18,643 nt of DNA, from positions 7,757,157-7,775,799 of the forward strand of contig JANKJI020000001.1 of the NCBI GenBank assembly GCA_024626585.2. The letters run 5' to 3'. Below, one piece after another: positions 1 to 12,294 of the stretch (its first letter is position 1; the number at the start of each line of letters is the position of its first letter). Both the position numbers and the translations under genes were made by a program. The stretch is from Ginkgo biloba. Taxonomy: Eukaryota > Plantae > Ginkgophyta. The notes beneath the pieces were generated by a model. That model had not been told where the DNA came from. It saw nothing but the letters and a program-made list of their open reading frames with translations, and ran no database searches.

Positions 1-660
1 TTTTTATTGTCTAGGAGTGGTTTCTTAACTCTTCCTTCGTTCTCTGTGGGTGGGACATCTCATTTTCCCTTTGTTACTCATTTTCCCTTTCTTCCCCTAT
101 TCCCCTTCATCCCTATGTTCTTTCTTTATGTGTTCCCCTTCATTTTTACTATTGTAGGGTGGTGTTGGACTTCCCTAAGTCTTTGTGGCCCTACCCAATC
201 CTCCTTACATATGCCCTGCTCCCCCTTCCTTGTCTTTGTGGGATTCCAAATCCATCACATCCCTACAAACTTTTCCATGACCTATGTAGACCTATTGTGG
301 TTGCCCTATAACACCAAAATGCCATTCAAAAAGAATTAAATGCATTAAAAAAAAAAATTAAACCAAATCCCCAAAAAAAGAAACTATAGTGTGTTAATTT
401 TTTGTCTATCCCCTTTCTTGTAAGTGCTTGATCTTATGGGATCCATATAACCTATGGTCTCATTTGGATTTTGTTTGAAGCTCCTCTCTAATTCATTCAG
501 GCCATATGGGCATTTTAATTAACTTTGGGGGGGCTAGTGGTCCCAATTAAAACACAATGTCTTCTCCTTCTGATGACCTACGCCATATTGATAATCATCA
601 TCTCCCTTCTAGTACACTTACAACGAATTTGGGGCCCTCCTCATAATAGAAGTCTTTGTA
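1..660 (-). mobile_element. Possible highly degraded LINE ORF1 remnant
   Basis: The minus strand gives short peptides resembling plant L1 ORF1 (LL*GGAPKF, IKMPIW ~ 'vPvW'). These are followed by a purine-rich, K/E/G-coding stretch with NKGK, like the ORF1 tail at 6070-6300. No intact frame; motifs are weak. Confidence 0.25.
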
Positions 661-729
661 AACTCATGCATCAAGAGATGAGAGAGGGAACTTTAAATTT
701 TAATTACACATAGTGTTATTACAAGGTGA

Positions 730-1060
730 AAGATAACGTGTACGAGTTTTTCATTAATCACGACATTGTAATTAAGACGAAAACTAACAAATTTACAAGT
801 AGAGACCATTGGGGTAAGTCACGTTAAGCCAATGAGAACAATTCATGTATCCCCATCACTCTTTCTCTTTTCTCATAGTCGATTCTTCATTTCGACCTCG
901 ACCTACCCTGGCACTAAGTCGAACTTGTCATTTTACAAAGGGGGTCGAGGTCACATTTTCGTCCCCGTTTTAAGTTAAAAGTTAATTAAATTATTAAAGA
1001 ATGAGGTTGTTGACGTGGATCTCTCCCGCCACGTATTAGTGAGCGTGTGGTCGGGATTTT
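730..1060. other. CpG-retaining island with inverted repeats (MITE/MULE-like or unmethylated regulatory DNA)
   Basis: I count 17 CpG in ~320 bp. It has a perfect 10-bp inverted repeat (gacctcgacc 894-903 / ggtcgaggtc 943-952) and inverted ACGT-core boxes (acgtgg 1013-1018 / ccacgt 1029-1034). Confidence 0.4.
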
Positions 1061-4000
1061 TAGTGTCAACAAAAGGTCTAATGCTCTTTGCTACAATATG
1101 CATACAAAACTATAGTAGAGAGTTTAACTTATGCACTTTGAAGTCTCACTTCTCAAGTCAGCCAATAGAAGTTGAAACAAATATTTTCACATGCCCTTTG
1201 TTCTCATTAAAAATAAAAGACTTCAGAGGTGATGCATTTTCTCAAGATAACTCATTAAAGAATTTATATATAAGGTAATCCTTATTTTAAATAGTTAGCA
1301 TGCGATCAATAGATCATATGTCAACCATAGAGAATTCATATTAGTTTGACCTCTACAAAAGAACACAGGTTGTTTTTGCTTACACACCACATGACATATC
1401 TAAAGTTTCTATACATTTGGATTTCCTACAAAACTTCAACAATGTTAGCCACTACAATAAGCTTGGGGAGCAAATAAATGCATTAGAAGGGAATGTAGGC
1501 TAAGGAATTATTAAATAATATATAAAATACTAAAGCTACTTATAACACATTACATACGAGATTTCATTCTAAGAGATTAAAATACATAGAATTGGCAAAA
1601 TTACGATGAAAGACACATGATCATTAATGTATTCATGGCCACTTCCATCCATTTAAATCAATATTTCTTCTAAAAATTTACAAAGAGGATATCACATTAA
1701 CCCATAATGACTAGAAATGATGCATTCCAGAACTAAATTTTTACGTGTTTTGACACTAAATCATTCACACAACACCAAAGATAGCTCTCATAAGCCTTTA
1801 TTCGCCAATATAGATGAGATACATGATTTAGAAGAGCATTATATTTTCTTAGAATTTACAATTACAACACCAATAACTTCTCAACTTGACACACAAACAT
1901 ATACATAAAATTTTAAAAAGACTATAAGCAACAATCCCTCTACTGGTCCACCTTTTTAGAAATATTAGACACAACAAAATTCCTCTCACATTGAGCTCCC
2001 AAGGGTTCAAAATAACTTATATATTGAAAAGTCTCCAAGACTCTCCTTAATCTCTCCCCTCNNNNNNNNNNNNNNNNNNNNNNNNNNNNNNNNNNNNNNN
2101 NNNNNNNNNNNNNNNNNNNNNNNNNNNNNNNNNNNNNNNNNNNNNNNNNNNNNNNNNNNNNNNNNNNNNNNNNNNNNNNNNNNNNNNNNNNNNNNTCAAG
2201 TTATCCACTTTCCCCTCCTTCACCTTATGGTTGTGATTAACCTTTTACAACATTATTTTACTATTATATTAATGTGAGATATTTAATTAATTATTTTTCT
2301 CATGTTGGGTACATAAAGTGCGAGTCACAATAATATCAAGTATGATACAATGGACAACAAAGGTGATCTCATGACATTAGGAGCATGGAGGCTAAACAAC
2401 CGAGGTCATGCCAGATGATATATTAATTGAGGCAAAAAAATGGACTCAACATTTGGAAACCATCAGGAGAGGCTTGATCTGAGCTTAGGACCCATAATAT
2501 TATATACATTTCTAATAAATGGTGCTCCATGCACCCACATCAATGCCAATAGTACTATGACACAATGCCATTGATTAACCAACTAAATACGAAGGAGAAA
2601 AATATAAACTTGTGAGGTCTATAAAGAGGCAACCCCAAATTCTCCTTTATTTCCTTGATATTGCCAAGGAACACAAGGATAGTAATAGAACTCTAACCAC
2701 TCACTCTAAAATTGATTAATTATAGCCATTATTTGATTGGTATGCTTCGTAAGATCATCTTTAGAGTGCATGCTACTATAGCGTTGAGTTGAATGCATCT
2801 TGATTTCCTCAATTTCTTTAATGCGAAGTGAATGGATGCTTTGTTATTTGTACTCCAATGGTGTTATACCTCTTTCTATGCATTGAATTACTATGATTTT
2901 AGGGTTATGATAGTCTATAATTTTCATTTCCTTCACGATCTTTCTTGTTGTCCTAAATTTTAGCAAGTATGTCAATGCCTTGAGGTCATTTTTCTGAAAA
3001 TTTTAGTTGAATTTGGTCATTTATCATATTTGATCCATAGAAAACATTTTCATGCTCAAATTCTTCAAGTTGGGGATGAATTTGCATCTTAACTAAGTCC
3101 ATATTTTGTCCTTCTTGTTGAATTTTATTTTTAGCTACATTGCCACTTCCTTGACCCATGCTTCCATAATCTTGGGGGGTTGTTTTCTCTCTCTCTTTTG
3201 GCATTAGTATTAGTAGGAGGCATGAGATAACCTATTTTATTTTGATTTCTTATTACTTTGTGTCTTGGTAGTCTTCCTTCACATCTAATTCACGAGCTAA
3301 GATGATTTATTCAGTAATAATTGGTTTCTCTTCTTCTTCAGCTAATTTATCCTCTAATTAAGTCATCTTCTCACAATCACATGCATACAATATAGCTAAN
3401 NNNNNNNNNNNNNNNNNNNNNNNNNNNNNNNNNNNNNNNNNNNNNNNNNNNNNNNNNNNNNNNNNNNNNNNNNNNNNNNNNNNNNNNNNNNNNNNNNNNN
3501 NNNNNNNNNNNNNNNNNNNNNNNNNNNNNNNNNNNNNNNNNNNNNNNNNNNNNNNNNNNNNNNNNNNNNNNNNNNNNNNNNNNNNNNNNNNNNNNNNNNN
3601 NNNNNNNNNNNNNNNNNNNNNNNNNNNNNNNNNNNNNNNNNNNNNNNNNNNNNNNNNNNNNNNNNNNNNNNNNNNNNNNNNNNNNNNNNNNNNNNNNNNN
3701 NNNNNNNNNNNNNNNNNNNNNNNNNNNNNNNNNNNNNNNNNNNNNNNCAAGGATTATTATATGCATAATGAGCATGCTACAATGTTGGTTTTATACACCC
3801 TTGTAAGGAATTCTATAGTGATTCCAAAAAGTGTCCATGTTGCTCATAAAATTCCATATTTAAAATTGCATTGATTATACCAAATGACCACACCCTTCTA
3901 ATGATTTAATTTGATGAAGAAACATATTAAGATGCCTACAATCCAATCTAATTAGACCTCCTANNNNNNNNNNNNNNNNNNNNNNNNNNNNNNNNNNNNN

Positions 4001-5049
4001 NNNNNNNNNNNNNNNGATGTAGATGCACCACCTAGGGAACAACCCTAGGACTTAAGGCTAAGGGGAATTATATTTGAATTTGGACCTCGACCAAATAGGA
4101 GAACCACCACTAGTAATAAAAAAATTAAAGGTATGATCATTAGAGGTAAATTTATATTAGTTTCTATGTAGCAGAGCAAGAGGTGGAAGGTATTAATGAC
4201 AAGACAATATGCTAAGTAAGGGAATGGATCCAAATTTGCAATTAGCCATGATAAAAGTAGAATGAATAAAAATGGATGCCATCATTATGTTNNNNNNNNN
4301 NNNNNNNNNNNNNNNNNNNNNNNNNNNNNNNNNNNNNNNNNNNNNNNNCATTTAGGATGAAAGTTATTATCTCAAGGGACTTTTGGCTTGTATAAACATA
4401 TGTGGTTTCAGGATTTCTTGGATTAATTACTCATGACAAGGATAGAGTTAAGATTTAAAATTTGTCAAATATGTGCTAGGACTCAAAATAGACATGCCTA
4501 TAAAATTTGGCCTCGATTTGGAACTATTTAAGGTGGTTTTGGTTAGTAAGGTATTTAGAGAATTGTAAAGAGACTTATCCCCCAACTAAAACTCTCATTT
4601 ATTTAACCAAAAAACTGATGCAGGGTATTGTTGTTCCAACCATTATTATATTAATTATTATTTTGTATTTTTAGTTTTTGCCTAAGGCACATGGGCTTAT
4701 CTCGCTTATACTAACCTTATACTTGATTTCATATCTCCTTTTAACAACTCTTCCTCTTATTTCTTAAGGTTTCTTACTTATTACATTTCCTCATCATTTA
4801 AAAATCATTTTTGGATTTGTTAAGAAAGACCAAGTTTTGTGATGTTAGTTTTTAAAATGGAGGTTTTGTTCAGTTTGGTTTTCTTTGGGACCTGAGTGTG
4901 TTATTTTAGGGCTAAACTCTTGATATATCACAAGTCCATCTAGCTTACCTTTTGAACCTTAATTTATTTGGGGGAATAAAGAGAATTAGTTTATGTCTGT
5001 CTTGCTAAGATCCAACTCCTAGGAAATAAATACTAATAGGATGGATTTG

Positions 5050-5268
5050 GGGGCTAAAACCATGCAGACAATGGAGGGATCATTTTAATTAGGATTTCAT
5101 GGCCTATTTATTGGTGATTTAAACTTCATTGCTAGTAATCCTTTGTCAATAGAAGATTTGAGGATGGCATAAACAAAAGTATTTTAGGAGTGTTAGATAA
5201 AACTTTAAAAGAAATGGCCCTTAAATAGAAAAAATAGATTGATCTTGCTAAGCTTAAGAAGTAACTGG
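5050..5268 (+). pseudogene. Possible fragment of a LINE APE endonuclease
   Basis: Translates ...GLFIGDLNFIA... (~5100-5133, cf. the EEP GDFN motif), then K*IDLA...W before the gap (cf. 'LiDl...fTW'). Heavily decayed. Confidence 0.35.
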
Positions 5269-5486
5269 NNNNNNNNNNNNNNNNNNNNNNNNNNNNNNNN
5301 NNNNNNNNNNNNNNNNNNNNNNNNNNNNNNNNNNNNNNNNNNNNNNNNNNNNNNNNNNNNNNNNNNNNNNNNNNNNNNNNNNNNNNNNNNNNNNNNNNNN
5401 NNNNNNNNNNNNNNNNNNNNNNNNNNNNNNNNNNNNNNNNNNNNNNNNNNNNNNNNNNNNNNNNNNNNNNNNNNNNNNNNNNNNNN

Positions 5487-6300
5487 CAAATTGGAGAAAT
5501 TGATCTGAAACAATGAGTTTTTATCTTAAATTTGCTACAAAGGATACCTATGGATAGAGATATATACCATTGCTATGCAAAAAAATCAGAGATCAAAGGA
5601 TGGAAGGTAAAGTCTTCATGGGGATTAGGGAAATGATATATATGTGTGATGCTTAACTCTGAAGAAGCAACTTGGAGAATCCTTTAGCACAGGGTGTGGA
5701 TGATATTAGGCACTTTTGCATATGTTCAATCTTGGACAGAAAATTTTGACCCATAACATGCATCTTAACATCACTATCCTTTATATATGGAATTTCCCAA
5801 AATCCCAGAGCATTTTTTATCTTGCATAAAAATAATTGTGAAACCTTTTGGGCAACTCTTGGTAGGAGACAAGAGAGGTTCTCATTCAATGAAGCCCAAT
5901 GTGAGACTTTGTATTGAAGTGGATTTCTCCAAAAAATTGATGTTAGAGATTTATCTTTTCAACAACGGGGTAATTCACGTTCAAAAGGTACGTTATCTTA
6001 ATCTCCCCAATTTTTTTTATGCATACTTTTCACCAAGCAATTTGATTAAAGACTGCCCTCATAAAAAATATCAATAACCTAAAGAATCAACAACCACTCT
6101 AGATATAGAGAAGATTGATTTAGCAGGAAAAATAAAAGAGAGCACTAAGACAATAGATAGAAATAAGGGGAAAGATACTAGAAATGTTGAGGGGTGAATA
6201 ACTAAGACATATAAAAGGACAAAAAAATAAGGTAACTCTTAGCAGAAAGTGGCAAAACTGCAACAACATAAGCAGACAAAAAACAAAAATTGACACCCTT
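5487..6300 (+). pseudogene. LINE ORF1 remnant (DUF4283 region plus decayed zf-CCHC_4 knuckle)
   Basis: W-MILGTFAYVQSWTENFDP (~5696-5752) resembles GPW...v..W.p.FdP. ORF 5787-6077 has KPFGQLL..D, VRLCIEVDFSKKL and QKVRYLNLPNFFYAYFSPSNLIKDCP, matching the plant LINE 'aRvcVEvDlskpL...Q.v.Ye.lP.fC..C...gH....CP' pattern with Cys/His decayed. Confidence 0.85.
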
Positions 6301-6543
6301 GTTAATCACCCAATCAAGCCATAATGTCTAGGGTTCAAATTCAATATTGACCCATCATGTTGATGATGATTTTCCAAGAAGAGGGAAGGAGGAGACTCCC
6401 AATGATTCCCCCATTGATGCATCAAAAGATGAATTCCAAAAGCCACTAGATTCAACTTTTTCAGATCCATCAACCATCTAGACAAAGATTTAGTTAAATA
6501 ATGAATTTTTAGCCCTCGAATAGGGGATTGATGACATGTGCCC

Positions 6544-6996
6544 ATGAAGTTGAAGGTTTTGGCCTAGAATGTTAAGGGATCTTGGAAGACAAGATCTTAT
6601 AAAATCATCCATTACCAATCTATGCCATGATGTTCTTCTTTTACAAGAATTAAAAATTATTGGTTTTCATCTTAGAACAATGATGAATAGTTACTAGAAT
6701 GGTAAATACATGGTAATAACCCATAATGAGGGCCGAGGAGGAGATATATGTGTTATTTCCTCTTGGATTTCTCCTTATGTAGTTGTGTAAGGGTAATACC
6801 TAATGATGAGGTGTTGTTGGATCACCTTGATGCTAGTTGGCACTATATGGAGTTTTTTTTCAATCTATGCTCCTAATGATCCGGTGGGCAGGGCCTAGCT
6901 ATGGGATTGGATAACGTATTTGCTTCCAGTGGCAAAGTGGGTCCGAGAGGGGGGGGGTACTTTAACATGGTTGAGTGGGATGGAGATAGAGTTGGA
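6544..6996 (+). pseudogene. LINE ORF2 N-terminal APE/EEP endonuclease remnant
   Basis: MKLKVLA*NVKG at 6544 (WNVRG motif, TGG>TAG), VLLLQELK at ~6632-6655 (LQETK), GRGGDI (GrsGGi), IYAPND..GRA*LWDWI from 6863, and GGYFNMVE...DRVG at ~6952-6996 (GGDFN). Confidence 0.9.
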
Positions 6997-7519
6997 NNNN
7001 NNNNNNNNNNNNNNNNNNNNNNNNNNNNNNNNNNNNNNNNNNNNNNNNNNNNNNNNNNNNNNNNNNNNNNNNNNNNNNNNNNNNNNNNNNNNNNNNCACC
7101 ATCATCTCCCTCTGTTACTCATTTATAACCTCTTTGCATTCCATCATAACTATTTTTCTTCTCCATTTTACTATTTTGAGGGTGTTGAATTCTCCACATC
7201 TCTACTACTTACAAGCAAAATCACATCTTTACAATTGTATAAAATCTACCTCACACACTCACGTACTCACAGTGCATTGTAAAAACCAAACATACACAAC
7301 CAATCAAATACAAGAGACTTACTACATTGTATTTACATAATCCATTGTACATATTAATACATAAAATTCATCTATTAGACTTTCCAACACTTGGGATTCT
7401 TGACTCTTGGACTTTCTAACTATTCGAATAACTGGAAATCATATATCATTTAATGACATTACATTTATTAAATAAACCTAAGTATAATGTCCCCGATATT
7501 AAACCTAATCTAACCATAA

Positions 7520-9790
7520 ATGATGTGTGGAGTAATATTTGGGAGTCCTTACCTATGGGATAAAGAAGCTAAACTCAAGAGAAGGCCTAATAAGTAGAAA
7601 CTGGTGAAATATGGACAAGGTTATGTAACTAAAGCCAAGGAAAATCAAGAGAGAAATTTCCTAATAATAACAAATCAAGATAAGAGGCTTGTTAATGCTT
7701 ATAGGATGTTTGTCTTGCTAACCTTAAGGCCCACATAGGGTTGGTCAAAAAATTGCCAATGGTGGACATTTAATTATTCAAAATATTGAGCAATATGGAC
7801 ATCTTGATAACATATTGCATAAGTGTGTTAATGTCTTCAAAGAGCCTAAGGGGATGCCTCCTAGGAGAGTTATTACATATAGCATTGTAAGAGCTCAATC
7901 TTAGAGAATAAAGAGATAAAGAAGGAACTACAAGAATGATTAAACAAAGGACATGTTAAGATCATCACTTCACCTTATGGATCTTTAATAGTCTTGCTCC
8001 CCAATAAGGATGGAAACAGGAGGATCTGGATGGACTATAAAATTTTTTATAAGAACACATGAATAAATACTATCCTTTTTCAATGATAAAGGATTTTCTT
8101 GAACAATGAGAAAAGATTTCCACTAAGATAGATCTCAAGTCTGGATATTGTCAAGTGAGAATAAAGGAGGAAGGGAGATGGAAAACTACCTTTAAAACAA
8201 GTCATGGTATTTTTGAATAGATGGTAATGCCATTTGCATCGATCAATGCATTGACAACCTTCATGAAAGTAATGTATGTAGTACTTGGACCTTATTTGAG
8301 ATCATTGTTCATTTTCTATTTAGACAATATTCTAATATATGAAAATACTTAGGAGAAAAAATTGAAGGACATTAAGATAGTGCTTGAAGTATTGAAGAAG
8401 GAGAAACTCAAGAAAGCCTCAAAAAATACACACACAATGAGGGAGCTAATCTAATGAGGCTTCAAGGTACATGAAGTAGGGATCAAGATATATCTTGATA
8501 AGATGTCATCCTTAACTAGCAAATGTTGAAGAACCTACGTGACATATTTATGGGGTTAATTATTTAAGAAAGTGTGTAGCAAGTTATTTAGATATAGCCT
8601 TACTCCTTAATACTCCCATGAAGGGGAATACAACTTTCAATTAGGTAAAAGAGATAACAGAGATATTTTGGGAGCTCAAATATAGAATAAAAAATGCTCC
8701 TATTACAACATTCTCTAATATTAGAATCTAATGCATTAAGGCATACATTAGGAGTTGTCTTAATCCAACATGGAAACTAGTAGTTTATCATCCATAAATC
8801 TCTTTAGAATTTTTGCAAGGATACTCTAGTTATGATTAGGAGATGTAAGCACTAGTCAAGGGAGTGAATTAAATGTAAGGAGACCATTGTACATTTTGGC
8901 CAATAACCACTTTAGTGTTTACAAACATAGCCCACGCTAAAAAAATACAAGCACCTCAAATGGGTTACATATCTTCAATAGTTTGACGGTACAAGAAATG
9001 TACAAATAACAAAATTATTGATTCTCTCAAGACCTTCTTTAAGTTCATATGTAACTTGCTTGATGGTTTTGGATATAATGAGTTTAAATAGATTTACATA
9101 GATGACAACGACTATGTAGAGATTTATTATTTAGTCCAAAAGTTAAATATGATCTCACATGAGCATCTAAAAGATTAACATCTTAGAATTGGTGCCTATT
9201 TAATCTTACACTAATTTGTGTGCCACATAGAGCTCAATTAATAAGAGAAGCACACCACTTTAGGGTGGGAAGGCACTATAAAGTGCAAAAGACTCTAAAT
9301 AAGTTGTAGAAGTACTTTCATTAGCTAAAGATGGCCTAAAATGTTACTAAAATCAACAACTCATATGCACTACACTACACAATTAAACCACCCAATAGGA
9401 AATTTAGTAAGTATATGCCCTTACCAGTTCCAACTAGGCCAAGGGAAAGTATCTCCATGGATTTTCTTAGTGGGTTGCCAATCATCAAAAGAACAAATGA
9501 CTATCTTTTTATGATAATTTATAGGTTTAGCAAAATGGCAATCCTTATTCTTGTAAAATGACTATAAGACAACATGCAACCAAACTCTTCTATGTTAATA
9601 TATGGGTATACTTTGATGCCTACATCCATAATCTCAAAAAAAGCTAGTAGATTCCTCAAGCCACTTTTGGTGATCTCTTTGGATGCTTATGGACACTGAA
9701 TCAACGAGAAGTATAACATTTCATCACTAGACAAATAGTCAACCTAAACTTGTCAATAGAACAATAGTATAACTTTTACAAAATATGGGC
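7520..9790 (+). mobile_element. pol: Degenerate Ty3/gypsy pol: protease tail, reverse transcriptase, RNase H, integrase core
   Basis: CGVIFGSPYLWDKEA (~7525); VFKEPKGMPPRRVI (~7833); TSPYGSLIVLLPNKDG..R.WMDY; [26 protein letters not shown]; FE*MVMPF; catalytic YLDN at 8317-8328 (from YLDD); RNase H SNA..TLGVVLIQHG (~8727-8775); integrase YMPLPVPTRPRESISMDFLSGLP (~9412-9480), RFSKMA, and FHH*TNSQPKLVNRTIV (~9718-9770, cf. FHPQTDGQTEVVNR). The RT-RH-INT order is gypsy-type. Confidence 0.95.
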
Positions 9791-10356
9791 ATTATCACCC
9801 TTTATAGAATCTATGCATTCATGCTACTCATTTAACCATTATATTTTTTAGGCCCACCTTATGGTTATTTCTCATTATCCTCATTGATTTGTCACTTCTT
9901 GCCTACCACATATGTGATCTTGTGACATTCCTATGGTTAACCTTATGATACATCATTATTATATAAATATCCTTTCTATGTAAAGATAAAATGCAAAGCT
10001 TATTTAGTAATGNNNNNNNNNNNNNNNNNNNNNNNTTCCCTTAAAGTAGGAAAGGGAGTTTCCATTATGGGACCTTACTGTTTTTTAAGGTCATTTGAGA
10101 ATCATGCTTTTGTATAAGGAGGATATGAGAAAAGATTTTCACATTTGATCCATGATATCAAATCCCACTTGATGAGATCACTCACCAGCTTCTATTTCAA
10201 TTTCTTGTGTTATGTTATCTTTATGATATGGTGTATTCTCATGATTTTTTTGTGTANNNNNNNNNNNNNNNNNNNNNNNNNNNNNNNNNNNNNNNNNNNN
10301 NNNNNNNNNNNNNNNNNNNNNNNNNNNNNNNNNNNNNNNNNNNNNNNNNNNNNNNN

Positions 10357-11492
10357 GTTATAAGGATGAGTTGTATTTAAAGTGGAAACATTTATGCCAA
10401 AAATTCGGTTTGAAGACTATCATGAGGAGTTTTAACATTTCTCCATTAGGTTGGAAATCAAATAACTAAAATAAATGACGTAGATTGCAACTAAGAAATC
10501 GAAGGATCCAAATCAACCTAGGCCAAGATCGAATTTCCATGGATGAATTTATAGTGTTAAAAGGGAAACATGAGCCTAACATAGTGTTGGGAAGGAAAAA
10601 GATTCCCCACATTAAGGAAGCAATATATAGTGGAATCCACATAGGATTAAGAAGCAGGCTACTCCAAAGTTCATCAATGATGCAAACTTGATGACAAGTT
10701 GATCAGAGGCTTTAAGTCAAACTAAGAGATCCCAAGGTTAAGATTAATTTCAAGGAAAAAATTGAAGGTCAACAAGGCTATTGAGTTGATTTTTAGCTTG
10801 ATAAAGAGAGATGGAAAACAATCACATGAGCTAGTCTTTAATTGATTTATCCATCTCCAAGTTACATAGTCTACAAGTGAGCTTTTATAAACCAAAATCT
10901 TCATTTAATAAAAAATTAGGATCATTCATTAGATCCATAAAGGCTTACTCCACCAAGATGAATAATTCACCCAAAATTTGACACAACACAAAAATGCACT
11001 CCTTAGCATCAGGGAGAAAATGGACTCTAATAGAGCAATTGAGAGACCAACATAACCCCTAACAAGTCGATGTTGGGAAAGTCACTCTAACGTAGCGAAA
11101 CACCTCAACATAGTGACACCTAGACCAATGCCACAATAACAAGATAAGGGACAAGAAGTGAGAATTGGACAGTTACGTAACTGACCCTTGGAAATTCTAT
11201 ACAAGCTAATAACTAGACTAACAAATGTAAACACTTGCACTATAGAAGCCGATTAAAACCTCTTCTATAAGGAAGAAGGGTGGTTGTTCAAGAGTTCACT
11301 TATGGCAATCAAGGAAGATTTGTTGAGAACTCAAATGAACTAAATTTCACTTTCTTCTACTACGAGTTTCTTAAAATATTGTAAGTTACCCCTCCTATGG
11401 AGACAATAATTCTATGCATTATAATAAATAATAAATGTTTATGGGATATGAATCTTTATAATCTAGTGGACATGAATCCACTCTAAGATTGA
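10357..11492 (+). repeat. Non-coding repeat-like sequence, possibly an LTR or retroelement UTR
   Basis: No coding potential and CpG-depleted. A TATA-like ctataa (~11265) is followed by aataaa-type signals (~11424), and it lies between gypsy fragments. No paired LTR was found. Confidence 0.3.
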
Positions 11493-11562
11493 NNNNNNNN
11501 NNNNNNNNNNNNNNNNNNNNNNNNNNNNNNNNNNNNNNNNNNNNNNNNNNNNNNNNNNNNNN

Positions 11563-11927
11563 ATATCATTTTTATTTGTTCTAATTTGTTCAGTTATACA
11601 CACAATGAGATTTGGATCATGGTAACTATGAAGTTTATTCAAAGTAATTCATGTTATCAATTGATGGCGTTGATGTCCTCCTAGGAATATAATGGCTATA
11701 AAAATAAGAACCTATAAGAAAAATCATGATGAGCACTATATGACATTCAAGTTTAATGGATAAAAGTACAAATCAGAAGGTATAATTTTTTTGAATTTAT
11801 ATATTGTAGGTTCTAAGAAAATGGATAACATATTTATAAAAGGACATATGAGGTTAATAATATGACTATATTCTATGGTTATACATTCCAATGATTAAAT
11901 GACAACTTAGAATGTAAAAGCAAACAA
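11563..11927 (+). pseudogene. Ty3/gypsy pol fragment (aspartic protease C-terminal part and linker)
   Basis: GNYEV..., DGVDVLLGI*WL (~11663-11698, cf. 'g.DvvLG.qWL') and MTFKFNG*KYKSEGI (~11739-11785). Confidence 0.65.
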
Positions 11928-12151
11928 NNNNNNNNNNNNNNNNNNNNNNNNNNNNNNNNNNNNNNNNNNNNNNNNNNNNNNNNNNNNNNNNNNNNNNNNN
12001 NNNNNNNNNNNNNNNNNGTATTTTGGAACTTTCAAGAAAAACTTCCTAACTCTCTTAAATGACATTAATCTCCAATAGCAAGAAACCTGGTTTTAGAATC
12101 AAATAGAGTAGATAAATGCAAACTAGAGTTTAAAATGAGTTCATTTGCGAC

Positions 12152-12173
12152 CATCTCAAAGGCATCTCAAAGG
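12152..12173. repeat. Perfect 11-bp tandem duplication (catctcaaagg x2)
   Basis: Read directly: 12152-12162 and 12163-12173. Confidence 0.9.
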
Positions 12174-12294
12174 GGCATTTTGATCCATTTTTCGTTCCAA
12201 AGGAATCGATGAGCAACGAGAATNNNNNNNNNNNNNNNNNNNNNNNNNNNNNNNNNNNNNNNNNNNNNNNNNNNNNNNNNNNNNNNNNNNNNNN

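Larger units (their letters stand above)
5487..6996 (+). mobile_element. Degenerate L1-clade LINE retrotransposon: ORF1 plus 5' part of ORF2, cut by gaps at both ends
   Basis: ORF1 motifs (5690-6077) and ORF2 endonuclease motifs (6544-6996) occur in the canonical L1 order on the same strand, with many stops and frameshifts. Confidence 0.9.

Noticed and set aside
7-339. 110-aa F/P-rich ORF on the + strand
   Set aside because: Low-complexity read-through of a CT-rich tract with a non-ATG start and no family motif.
675-1155. Possible long TIRs around the CpG island
   Set aside because: Only weak end-to-end similarity and no TSD, so boundaries cannot be called.
2986-3204. 72-aa minus-strand ORF (MPKEREK...)
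   Set aside because: No recognisable motif or splice support; probably decayed TE sequence.
3358-3775. ORFs spanning N runs (also 5205-5513, 6901-7282, 10145-10363, 15869-16216)
   Set aside because: Open only because the gaps contain no stop codons.
4356-4385. MKVIISRD resembling the copia post-integrase 'vSRDVvF' motif
   Set aside because: Isolated short match next to a gap with no supporting motifs.
2221-9867. caccttatggtt at 2221 and ~9856 as paired LTRs
   Set aside because: Similarity does not extend beyond ~12 bp.
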